DNA of 32,000 nucleotides from Horticoccus luteus (GTDB lineage: Bacteria; Verrucomicrobiota; Verrucomicrobiia; Opitutales; Opitutaceae), in the NCBI RefSeq assembly GCF_019464535.1, contig NZ_CP080507.1:1770001-1802000 (forward strand), written 5' to 3'. The notes under the pieces were generated by a model, which worked only from the letters and a program-made list of their open reading frames with translations, was not told where the DNA came from and made no database searches. A program made the position numbers and the translations under genes. Shown here one piece after another: positions 13,383 to 21,300 of the stretch (position 1 is its first letter; every line of letters begins with the position of its first letter).

Positions 13383-14892
13383 ATTCGCCCTCGATGAAGT
13401 GGCGTTCTTGACACCAGAGCAGCCGGTAGAGGCCGCCGTCGTGGAGCGCGATGTCGCGTTCGCGGCGGACCCAGGCGCGGTCGCGTTGCCACCATTCGCC
13501 GCTGCTGGTCCACGCGGCGGAGCAGGCGGTGATCTCGCCTTGGAATTGCTCGGTCCACACATACGTGGGGCGGTCGGCGGTGAACTCCACGCGCGCGGGC
13601 AGCGGCGGGCGGAAGCGGCGCAGGGGCGGCGCGAGCGGCGGATGCACGGGCGGCGCGGCGGGCGCGGGCACGAGGGCGGACGGCGCGCTGAGGCGAAAGG
13701 CGTCGGGGCGATGGGTGTCTTCGCGTTGCGGCGTGCCTGCGCGGTCGGGGCCGACGAGGGCGCTGACGCGGGCGAGGGTTTCGGCGAAGCCGTGCGGATC
13801 GCGGAGGCCGGTTTCGAAGAGGCCGTGCTGGCGCACGAGCGGGCGCGCGGGTGTGAGGGTCAGGCGCAGGGCGACAATGGCGGAGGCGGTCGAGAGGGAT
13901 TCGAGGTGCGTGTGGAGCGCGCGAAAGAGAATTTCGGCGTCGGCCGTCGGCGCAGGCAGACGAAAATCGCGGGCGCAGGTGGTGTCGTCTTCGAGCGAGA
14001 GCGCGAGGTGCAGTTCGACGGCGACGTGCTGGCTGGCGCGCAGTTCGAGCGTGAGGCGATCGACGAAACGACGCAGGAGAAACAGCAGCGGTTCGAGCGT
14101 GGCGACGGGTTCTTCAAACTCGCGGGCGGCGGCGAAGGTTTGCGGGAGCGCGACGGGATGCAGCGGACGCGGGGCGCCACCGGCGGCGCGTTGCCAGAGG
14201 GCGAGACCGGCGGTGCTGAAGCGGCGGACCATGTCGTCGCGGGGCAGTGCGGTGAGGTCGCCGAGCGTGCGCACGCCCCAATCGTGCAGGACGGCGGCGA
14301 GTTCGGGCGTGGGGTCGGCGGTGGCGAGCGGGAGCGGGGCGAGGAAGGCGGATTCGTCGGCGGGGAGAACGGCGTGGAGGGCGGACGGTAGAGGGCGGAC
14401 GGAGGAGGACTTTTCGGAGGGAGAAAGACTTTTGGGGGCGGAGCGGGCGGCGTAGAGGGCGAGAAGGGGCGTGCGGGCGAGGCCGGCTGTGGCGGTGAGG
14501 CCGAGGTCGGCGAGCGCGGTGAGGGCGTTGGCCGCGAGGAGGTGTTGTTGCGGAGCGTCGAGGCCTTTGAGGTCGATGGTGCTGATGCCGGGCGCGGTGT
14601 CTTCAATCGTCGGCGAAAGCGTGAAGGCGACGGCGTGCAGAGCGGCGCGCGCCTCGGTTTCGGCGGCGGCAGCGGGCGTGCGGATGAGCAGCGCGGGACA
14701 GCGGGCGACGGCTTGGGGCGCCGTCATGCCCAGCTCAACGCCGGCGGCGCGGGCGGGGGCGTTGACGGCAAGGACGAGGGATTTTTTCTTCGTGCCGTCA
14801 AAGAGCGCGGCGGGTTGTTCGGCGCGGGACGAGGGTTCGGTGCGCAGCACGGCTTGCAGGGCGAAGCCGGCGAGATGAAGGACAGCGAACAC
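13375..14892 (-). CDS. imuB: ImuB, Y-family-polymerase-like accessory protein
   Basis: The N-terminus MFAVLHLAGFALQAVLRTEP and the overall layout resemble ImuB. Its position between imuA and dnaE2 fits. GTG start at 14892. Confidence 0.85.
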   Translation of the reverse strand: MFAVLHLAGFALQAVLRTEPSSRAEQPAALFDGTKKKSLVLAVNAPARAAGVELGMTAPQAVARCPALLIRTPAAAAETEARAALHAVAFTLSPTIEDTAPGISTIDLKGLDAPQQHLLAANALTALADLGLTATAGLARTPLLALYAARSAPKSLSPSEKSSSVRPLPSALHAVLPADESAFLAPLPLATADPTPELAAVLHDWGVRTLGDLTALPRDDMVRRFSTAGLALWQRAAGGAPRPLHPVALPQTFAAAREFEEPVATLEPLLFLLRRFVDRLTLELRASQHVAVELHLALSLEDDTTCARDFRLPAPTADAEILFRALHTHLESLSTASAIVALRLTLTPARPLVRQHGLFETGLRDPHGFAETLARVSALVGPDRAGTPQREDTHRPDAFRLSAPSALVPAPAAPPVHPPLAPPLRRFRPPLPARVEFTADRPTYVWTEQFQGEITACSAAWTSSGEWWQRDRAWVRRERDIALHDGGLYRLLWCQERHFIEGEYD

Positions 14893-14926
14893 GGCGAGAG
14901 CGAAGGCGACGGAGGAGGGAGCGAGT

Positions 14927-15577
14927 TCACGCGCTCAACGCGCCGGTGGAGAGCGATCGCTGGCGTTGCAGGGAGGGCGCGAGGTGCGTTTGCAGTGCGG
15001 GGCGCTCGTGTTGCAGCGCGGCAAAGGCGTGCGGCGCGGAGAGCGCGAGGCGGAGTTGCGCGCTGGGCACGGAGGCGCGGGGTGTTTCCACGACGAGGGC
15101 GAGATCGGTGGGTTCGACGGCGCGTTGCAGTCGATACCATTGCGGGCCGGGGATGCGGCGCAGATCGGCGGCAGGGGCGCGACGGAGGTCGAGGACGACG
15201 AGGCCGAAGTTGGCATCGCGCGCGAGCAGATCGGCGCACTGGAGCGCTTGCGCGGTGGAGGCGCAGCGCACCCAGAGCAGGTGCGCGAGGGCATCGTCGT
15301 CGAAGGAGCAGGGATCGAACGAGTCGGTGCTGTCGATCAACGCGACGCGGAGGCGGTTGGCGCGCGTGACGGCGAGGAGTTGCGCGAGCAGCAGGTGCCC
15401 GCCGCAACTCGGCGCGGTGCAGGCGACTTCAGTGAGGGCGCCGAGCGGCAGGCCGCCGGCGGTGGTGTCGATCGCCTCCACGCCGGTGGGCAGCACGCGG
15501 CCGACCGTGCGCGGCACGGAAGGAAAGCGTTCGGCGAGCAGATGCCGAAGCGCGGCGAGCTGAGCGGGCCGGGCCAT
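14927..15577 (-). CDS. imuA: ImuA, RecA/SulA-like SOS mutagenesis protein
   Basis: 216 aa. The segment LPTGVEAIDTTAGGLPLGALTEV and degenerate P-loop region are typical of ImuA. It sits between lexA and imuB. Confidence 0.8.
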   Translation of the reverse strand: MARPAQLAALRHLLAERFPSVPRTVGRVLPTGVEAIDTTAGGLPLGALTEVACTAPSCGGHLLLAQLLAVTRANRLRVALIDSTDSFDPCSFDDDALAHLLWVRCASTAQALQCADLLARDANFGLVVLDLRRAPAADLRRIPGPQWYRLQRAVEPTDLALVVETPRASVPSAQLRLALSAPHAFAALQHERPALQTHLAPSLQRQRSLSTGALSA

Positions 15578-15604
15578 GACGAAGAGAAGCGACGGAAGGC
15601 GGAT

Positions 15605-16222
15605 TCAAGCGGTGGATCGGCGCAGGAGGCCGACCATGACGCCTTGGATGACAAGTTCGGCGGCGGGCAGCAGATCCGGGTAGAGGGGATTCTCGGCCCG
15701 GAGAAACGGCCGGCCGCGGGTGATGAGGAAGCGTTTCAACGTGGATTCGCCGTCGATGAGCGCGGCGACGATGTCGCGCGGGCGCGGTTCGCGGGGCGTG
15801 AGAAACACGGTGTCGCCATCGAGGATGCTGGCGCCGGTCATGGAGTCGCCGCGGACGCGGAGAGCGAAGAGCCGGGTGTTGCTGCGCACGCCGAGCGCGG
15901 CGGTGTCGAGGGAAACATAGCTGTCGGGCTGCTGCTCGGCGGCGACGGGGAGACCGGCGGGAATCGTGCCGTAGAGGGGGATTTCGGCGAGGGCGCCGCG
16001 GCGGGGATGGCCGGCGGGGAGGAGGCCGCGGGCTTTGCCGGCGAGGCGGCGGAGGGCGCCTTTGCGGGCGAGGGCGTCGAGGTGGCGTTTGGCGGCGAAG
16101 GAGCTGGCGAAACCGAAGCGGGCCTGAATTTCGCGCAGGGAAGGGGCGACGCCGTGCTGGCGCTGGTGCTGCTGCACGAAGTCGAGCACCTCTTGCTGGC
16201 GGTCGGTTAACATAGTGCTCAT
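15605..16222 (-). CDS. lexA: LexA repressor (S24 peptidase)
   Basis: N-terminal wHTH LTDRQQEVLDFVQQHQRQHGVAPSLREIQARFGF. Ala-Gly cleavage region (YGTIPAGLP). Catalytic Ser in VRGDSM and Lys in STLKRF. The start is either 16222 (MSTMLTDRQ) or 16213 (MLTDRQ). Confidence 0.92.
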   Translation of the reverse strand: MSTMLTDRQQEVLDFVQQHQRQHGVAPSLREIQARFGFASSFAAKRHLDALARKGALRRLAGKARGLLPAGHPRRGALAEIPLYGTIPAGLPVAAEQQPDSYVSLDTAALGVRSNTRLFALRVRGDSMTGASILDGDTVFLTPREPRPRDIVAALIDGESTLKRFLITRGRPFLRAENPLYPDLLPAAELVIQGVMVGLLRRSTA

Positions 16223-16231
16223 TTGAGCACT
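16214..16231. promoter_or_regulatory. Candidate LexA operator (SOS box) over the lexA start
   Basis: Perfect inverted repeat AGTGCTCA-TT-TGAGCACT with core TGCTC-N4-GAGCA (16216-16229). It covers the first in-frame ATG (16220-16222) and abuts the second (16211-16213). Confidence 0.55.
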
Positions 16232-16237
16232 AGCGGC

Positions 16238-16273
16238 GGCAAAAGCAAACCCGCCGTGGCGGGCGGCGGGTTT
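16238..16273 (-). terminator. Terminator hairpin after speA
   Basis: 10-bp stem AAACCCGCCG / CGGCGGGTTT (16247-16256 / 16264-16273) with a 7-nt loop. On the minus strand it is followed by GCTTTTGCC. It lies 20 nt after the speA stop and immediately upstream of lexA. Confidence 0.6.
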
Positions 16274-16293
16274 TGTACCGGAGCAGGCGGGGC

Positions 16294-18243
16294 TTACGGC
16301 TTTTTCTTCTTTTTGCGGCCGTTCTTCGGCTCGATGTGCAGGTAGGTTTTGTTGAGCATCTGGCTCTCGTAGAGTTCGAGGAGGCGCACGCCTTCGCGGG
16401 GCTTGACCATGTCTTTGCGCGTGGCGGCGTCGATCTGGGCCTTCATTTTGCGGCAGAGATCTTCCTGCTGGTATTGCACGCCTTCGATGACGTCGGCGAT
16501 GCGCGAGCCGCTGAGCGCTTCTTCGATGTAAAAGCCGTTGGGCTCATCCTCTTCGAGGAACACGTGCACTTCGTTGACGCGGCCGAAGAGGTTGTGGAGA
16601 TCGCCCATGATGTCCTGATACGCGCCGGTAAGGAAGATGCCGAGGTAGTAGGGTTTGCCGTTGAGCGGGTGGAGCGTGAGGTAGTCCTTCACGTCCTGCA
16701 GATCGATGAACGAGGATATCTTGCCGTCGGAATCGCAGGTGATGTCGACGAGGATGGCTTTGACGGAGGGTTTCTCGTCGAGGCGGTGAATCGGCGCGAT
16801 GGGGAAGAGCTGTTTCAACGCCCAGTGGTCGAGCAGCGATTGGAAGACGGAGAAATTGCAGACGTATTGGTCGGCGAGGAGGGTGGAGAGATCGTGCAGC
16901 TCCTCGGGCTGGTAGCCGGATTTTTTGCCTTCGAGGTCGATCTTTTCGCAGATCTGCCAGAAGAGCGATTCGGCGGCGGCGCGGTTTTCGAGGTCGAGGT
17001 AGCCGAGGTTGAAGAGGGAAAACGCCTCCTCTTTTTTCTGAATGGCGTCGTGGAAACGCTCGAGGCGGCCGAGCTTGCCCTTGTTTTTGAGCATGAACTC
17101 GAGGTCGGTGACGATCTTGTGCTTTTCCTTGGGCTGATGCTGCTGGCCGAGGGATTCGCGTTTGTTGATGCGTTCAAACACCTCGACGACGAGAAGGGAA
17201 TGTGGCGCGACGATGGCGCGGCCGGATTCGCTGACGATATCGGGCACGGGCACGTCGGAGCTGGTGCAGATGTCGCGAATGTTGGAGACGACGTCGCGGG
17301 CGTATTCCTCCATCGAGTAGTTCATCGAACTCTCGAAGTTGGTGCGCGAGCCGTCGTAATCGATACCGAGGCCGCCGCCGACGTCGAGGTAACCCATCGG
17401 GAAGCCCATCTTCGCGAGCTGGCAGTAGAAGCGCGTCGCTTCGATGACGGCGTTCTTGATCGTGAGGATGTTCGGGACTTGGGAGCCGATGTGAAAATGG
17501 ACGAGGCGGAGCGCCGAGGTGAGTTTGGCGGCGCGAAGCTTTTCGATGGCGAAAAGGATTTCAGCGGTGTTGAGGCCGAATTTGGCGTTGTCGCCGGTGG
17601 AGGACGACCACTTGCCCTCGCCGCGGGTCTGGAGTTTGGCGCGGAAGCCGATCATGGGCTTCACGCCGGTTTCCTCGGAGAGGCGGATGATGTCATCGAG
17701 CTCGGCGAGTTGTTCGACGACGATGATGATCTTTTTGCCGAGTTTACGGCCGATCAACGCGAGGCGGATGTAATCGTTGTCTTTGTAGCCGTTGCAGATG
17801 ATGAGGCGTTGGGCGCCCTCGTGCATGGCGAGGGCGATCATGAGCTCGGGCTTGGAGCCGGCTTCGATGCCGTAATTGTAGTCCTTGCCGGCGGCGATGA
17901 TCTCGTCGACGACTTCGCGGAGCTGGTTGACCTTGATGGGGAACACACCGCGGTAGTTGCCTTGGTATTCCTCTTCGCGGATGGCCTTGTGGAAGACCTC
18001 GTTGAGCTGGATGACGCGGTGGCGAAGGAGGTCCTGGAAACGCACGACCATCGGTGCGCTCAAACCCATGCCGAGCGCCTCCTGCACGACATCCATGATG
18101 CGAATCCCGCGGCCGTCGGCCCGGGGCTGGACGTTGACGAAGCCGGCTTCGTCGACGGAAATGTGGCCGTTGCCCCAGCGCTTGAAGCCGTAATGTTCTT
18201 CGGACTTGGCGGCCGACCAGGCGGATGCGGATTTGCTTTTCAA
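16294..18243 (-). CDS. speA: Biosynthetic arginine decarboxylase
   Basis: Collinear with remembered SpeA: FPIKVNQLREVV, EAGSKPELM, ICNGYKDNDYIRLALIG, HFHIGSQ, LDVGGGLGIDYDG, ITCDSDG, GAYQDIMGDLHNLFG. The only start in this ORF is TTG at 18243. Confidence 0.95.
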   Translation of the reverse strand: MKSKSASAWSAAKSEEHYGFKRWGNGHISVDEAGFVNVQPRADGRGIRIMDVVQEALGMGLSAPMVVRFQDLLRHRVIQLNEVFHKAIREEEYQGNYRGVFPIKVNQLREVVDEIIAAGKDYNYGIEAGSKPELMIALAMHEGAQRLIICNGYKDNDYIRLALIGRKLGKKIIIVVEQLAELDDIIRLSEETGVKPMIGFRAKLQTRGEGKWSSSTGDNAKFGLNTAEILFAIEKLRAAKLTSALRLVHFHIGSQVPNILTIKNAVIEATRFYCQLAKMGFPMGYLDVGGGLGIDYDGSRTNFESSMNYSMEEYARDVVSNIRDICTSSDVPVPDIVSESGRAIVAPHSLLVVEVFERINKRESLGQQHQPKEKHKIVTDLEFMLKNKGKLGRLERFHDAIQKKEEAFSLFNLGYLDLENRAAAESLFWQICEKIDLEGKKSGYQPEELHDLSTLLADQYVCNFSVFQSLLDHWALKQLFPIAPIHRLDEKPSVKAILVDITCDSDGKISSFIDLQDVKDYLTLHPLNGKPYYLGIFLTGAYQDIMGDLHNLFGRVNEVHVFLEEDEPNGFYIEEALSGSRIADVIEGVQYQQEDLCRKMKAQIDAATRKDMVKPREGVRLLELYESQMLNKTYLHIEPKNGRKKKKKP

Positions 18244-18334
18244 TGCGATGGGGAGTGGGGGACTTATAGCTTGCTTTTGCGAATGCCGATTCAGTTAAGT
18301 GCGTGTTTTCTTTTTTCAAATCCCGCTACACGCA

Positions 18335-18688
18335 ATGACGAAAATGGTCCCTCTCACCGATACGCTCTCAATGTTGGCCCAAGCACCCGGTGCGCAGGGA
18401 CAGAGTATGATGCCGAGCCTGATCTTCTTCGGCCTGATGTTTGCCGCGATGTATTTCCTGATGATCGCGCCGCAGCGGAAGAAGCAAAAAGAGCATGCGA
18501 AGATGCTCGCGGCGCTCAGCAGTGGCGACGAGGTTGTGACGACCGGCGGAATTTTCGGCACGATCACGAATGTGAAGGATGATCGCTTTGTGATCCGGAT
18601 TGCGGACAACACGAAAATCGAGGTCGGCAAGGGCTTCATCACCTCCGTCGTGCGCAAGGACGGCGTCACGTTGGCCGACAAGAAGTAA
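18335..18688 (+). CDS. yajC: Preprotein translocase subunit YajC
   Basis: Single TM followed by the signature IAPQRKKQKEHAKMLAALSSGDEVVTTGGIFGTI. It sits directly upstream of secDF. The start is uncertain (GTG 18299, ATG 18335, 18374 or 18407). Confidence 0.85.
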   Translation: MTKMVPLTDTLSMLAQAPGAQGQSMMPSLIFFGLMFAAMYFLMIAPQRKKQKEHAKMLAALSSGDEVVTTGGIFGTITNVKDDRFVIRIADNTKIEVGKGFITSVVRKDGVTLADKK

Positions 18689-18740
18689 GCGCGCGACCGC
18701 TCTGCGCTCCGTTCGCCACCCGTTTTAAACCAGACCTACC

Positions 18741-21287
18741 ATGCTCAAACGCAACCTCTGGAAGATCGTGCTCAGTGTCGTCATCACGGCCTGGGCGCTG
18801 ACCACGCTTCTTCCGATGAAAGACCAGGACTTCGCGAAATACGCGAAGGCGCAGGCCGGCGCCAAACCGGCGGAATTCGCCAAGCTCGTCGATGAGGCGG
18901 TCGCGCTCCGCGAGTCGGGGCAGGCGCCCAGCGACTACGTGGCGTTGCGGCAGATCGCCCGGGCGCGGCGCATTGATTTGTCGGTGTATTTTCCGCAGTT
19001 CAAATTGGAAGAGACGTTGAAGAACGTCGAAAAGCGCGACGACCTCGTGCTGCACGAGCTGGACCGCATGCGGAAGAGCAAGCTGCACAAGGGCCTCGAT
19101 CTGGCGGGCGGCGTGGCCGTGACGCTCGAAATCGATGAGCGCGCCGCGACGGCCGACAATCCGGACGTGCGCAAGGAGAAGATCAGCAAGGCAATCGACA
19201 TCATCGACAAGCGCATCAACGAATTTGGCGTCTCGGAGCCCTTGATCCGTGCCGTCGGCGATAACCGCATCGAGATCCAATTGCCCGGCATCAATACGAA
19301 GGACAATCCGGAGATCGTCGATCTGATCAAGAAGCCCGCGCTGCTCGATTTTCGCGTGGTGAATCCGAACGTCACGCCCGGTCCCGGCGTCGATGCTCCG
19401 CCCGGCTATCAGGAGATGACGCTCGATAACGAGGATCGCCGCGGCGAAACCTCGTCGGAGCAACTTTTCGTGAAACGCATCCCGGAGATGACCGGCAAGG
19501 CGATCGCCAATTCTTTTGTTCGGGCGGACATGTATGGGAAACCGGAGGTCATTCTCCAGTTCACCAAGGAGGGCAAAAAGCAGTTTGCCGACATCACGCG
19601 CACCATCGCGGAGTCCGGTCAGAAGGCCGGCCGTCTGGGGCGCCTGGCGATCGTACTCGATGGCCAGCTCTATTCGGCACCGACCGTGCGCGAGGAAATC
19701 GACAGCGATTCCGCGGAAATCACCGGCACCTTCAGCGATCGCGAAGCGCTCAATCTGGCCAACGTATTGAACAACCCGCTCGACCTGCCGTTGGTCGTGA
19801 AGGAGCAATATGAAGTTGGACCGTCGCTCGCAGCGGGCGCCATCTCGAGCGGCAAACGCGCCACGGTCATCGGCGTGGCCCTGGTCGCGGCGTTCATGAT
19901 CAGCTACTACACGCTGTCGGGCCTGATCGCGGTGTTGAGCGTGACGTTGAACATCCTGATCGTGCTCGGCGTGCTGGCGAGTTTCGGCGCCACGCTGACG
20001 ATGCCAGGCATCGCCGGTATCGTGTTGACCGTCGGTATGGCCGTTGACGCGCACATTCTGATTTTCGAACGCATGCGCGAAGAACTGCGGGCGGGCAAAT
20101 CGCTCCCGGCGGCTTTTCACGCCGGTCACGACAAGGCGTTCACGACCATCATCGATGCGAATTTGACGACCCTCATCACGTCGTTGCTGATGGTGGCGTT
20201 TGGCAACGGTCCGGTGAAGGGCTTCGGCATCACGATCACGATCGGTATTTTCTCGACCATGTTCACCGCGCTGATCGTTAGCGAAATGCTGCTGGATTTC
20301 TCGATCGGCTCCCAACTGATGAAGCGGATGATCACGCTGAACCTGCCGGCGCCGAAGATCAATTTCGTGAAATACGGCCGGCGCGCGTTCACCGCGTCGT
20401 GGGTGCTCGTGCTGGTCGGCGTGGCGGCGTTGTTTTATCAAGGCCACAAGGTTTACGGCATCGACTTCGCTGGCGGCGATGTGATGACGCTTTCGTTCAA
20501 GCAGCATGTCGATATCGCCAAGCTGCAAGCAGCCGCGGACAGCGCGAAGATCGGCGAAGTGATGCCGGTCTATCACAGCGAGATCGGCGGCGGGCTGGAA
20601 ACGCTCAACGTGCAGACCGAATCCGGCAAGGGCGAGGCAGCGGTCAAGGCGTTCCAAGCCGCGTTCCCGAACGCGGGCTATGATCTCGTCGGTCAGACGG
20701 CTATCGGGCCCTCGATCGGCAAAGAAATCCAATGGAATGCGCTCATGGCGATCGGTCTCTCGATCATCGGCATCATGGTGTATGTCGCGTTTCGCTTTGA
20801 AATCGGCTACGGCTTCGGCGCGGTCGTCTCGACGGTCCACGACGTGTTGATGACCGTGGGTATCTTCGTGCTCGTGGGCCGGCAGTTCACGGCTCCGATG
20901 GTGGGCGCGATCCTGCTGATCGTCGGTTACTCGATCAATGATACGATCGTCGTCTTCGACCGAATCCGAGAAGAGTTGAAGCAGAACCCGAATTTGAATC
21001 TGCGTGATGTCATCAATCTCGCCACGAACCGGGTTTTCACGCGCTCGATTCTGACGAGTTTGACGACATTTCTCGCGGCATTGGCGCTGTTCATTTTCGG
21101 CGGCGGCGTGATCAACGATCTGGCGTTCACCTTCCTGGTGGGCATCGTGACCGGCACGTTCTCGTCAATCTTCATCGCGAGCCCGCTCTTCTACTGGTGG
21201 CACAAAGGCGACCGGAAGCACGTGGAAGCGCATCACGATATCGCGCCGAAATACGAATGGGCCGGTTCGAGCCGGGCCTCTGACTGA
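18741..21287 (+). CDS. secDF: Fused protein translocase subunit SecDF
   Basis: One 848-aa ORF. The SecD part contains LGLDLAGG-like KGLDLAGGVAV and GIAGIVLTVGMAVDAHILIFERMREE. The SecF part contains LLIVGYSINDTIVVFDRIRE. Confidence 0.95.
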   Translation: MLKRNLWKIVLSVVITAWALTTLLPMKDQDFAKYAKAQAGAKPAEFAKLVDEAVALRESGQAPSDYVALRQIARARRIDLSVYFPQFKLEETLKNVEKRDDLVLHELDRMRKSKLHKGLDLAGGVAVTLEIDERAATADNPDVRKEKISKAIDIIDKRINEFGVSEPLIRAVGDNRIEIQLPGINTKDNPEIVDLIKKPALLDFRVVNPNVTPGPGVDAPPGYQEMTLDNEDRRGETSSEQLFVKRIPEMTGKAIANSFVRADMYGKPEVILQFTKEGKKQFADITRTIAESGQKAGRLGRLAIVLDGQLYSAPTVREEIDSDSAEITGTFSDREALNLANVLNNPLDLPLVVKEQYEVGPSLAAGAISSGKRATVIGVALVAAFMISYYTLSGLIAVLSVTLNILIVLGVLASFGATLTMPGIAGIVLTVGMAVDAHILIFERMREELRAGKSLPAAFHAGHDKAFTTIIDANLTTLITSLLMVAFGNGPVKGFGITITIGIFSTMFTALIVSEMLLDFSIGSQLMKRMITLNLPAPKINFVKYGRRAFTASWVLVLVGVAALFYQGHKVYGIDFAGGDVMTLSFKQHVDIAKLQAAADSAKIGEVMPVYHSEIGGGLETLNVQTESGKGEAAVKAFQAAFPNAGYDLVGQTAIGPSIGKEIQWNALMAIGLSIIGIMVYVAFRFEIGYGFGAVVSTVHDVLMTVGIFVLVGRQFTAPMVGAILLIVGYSINDTIVVFDRIREELKQNPNLNLRDVINLATNRVFTRSILTSLTTFLAALALFIFGGGVINDLAFTFLVGIVTGTFSSIFIASPLFYWWHKGDRKHVEAHHDIAPKYEWAGSSRASD

Positions 21288-21300
21288 GGCCCGCGGGTTG

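Noticed and set aside
13383-13562. N-terminal extensions offered by the ORF track: dnaE2 to 13562, ExbD-like from 8634, YceH-like from 23914, osmC from 25820, GGT to 28746, LysR to 6029, MFS to 31345
   Set aside because: The extensions overlap the neighbouring gene or lack family-like sequence. In each case an internal ATG sits at the position where the conserved N-terminus begins.
16294-21287. speA-yajC-secDF look somewhat less GC-rich by eye than the flanking imu cassette and recJ
   Set aside because: This rests only on hand counts of a few 60-nt lines. The difference is modest and within normal gene-to-gene variation. It needs a sliding-window GC/GC3 calculation before any horizontal-transfer claim.
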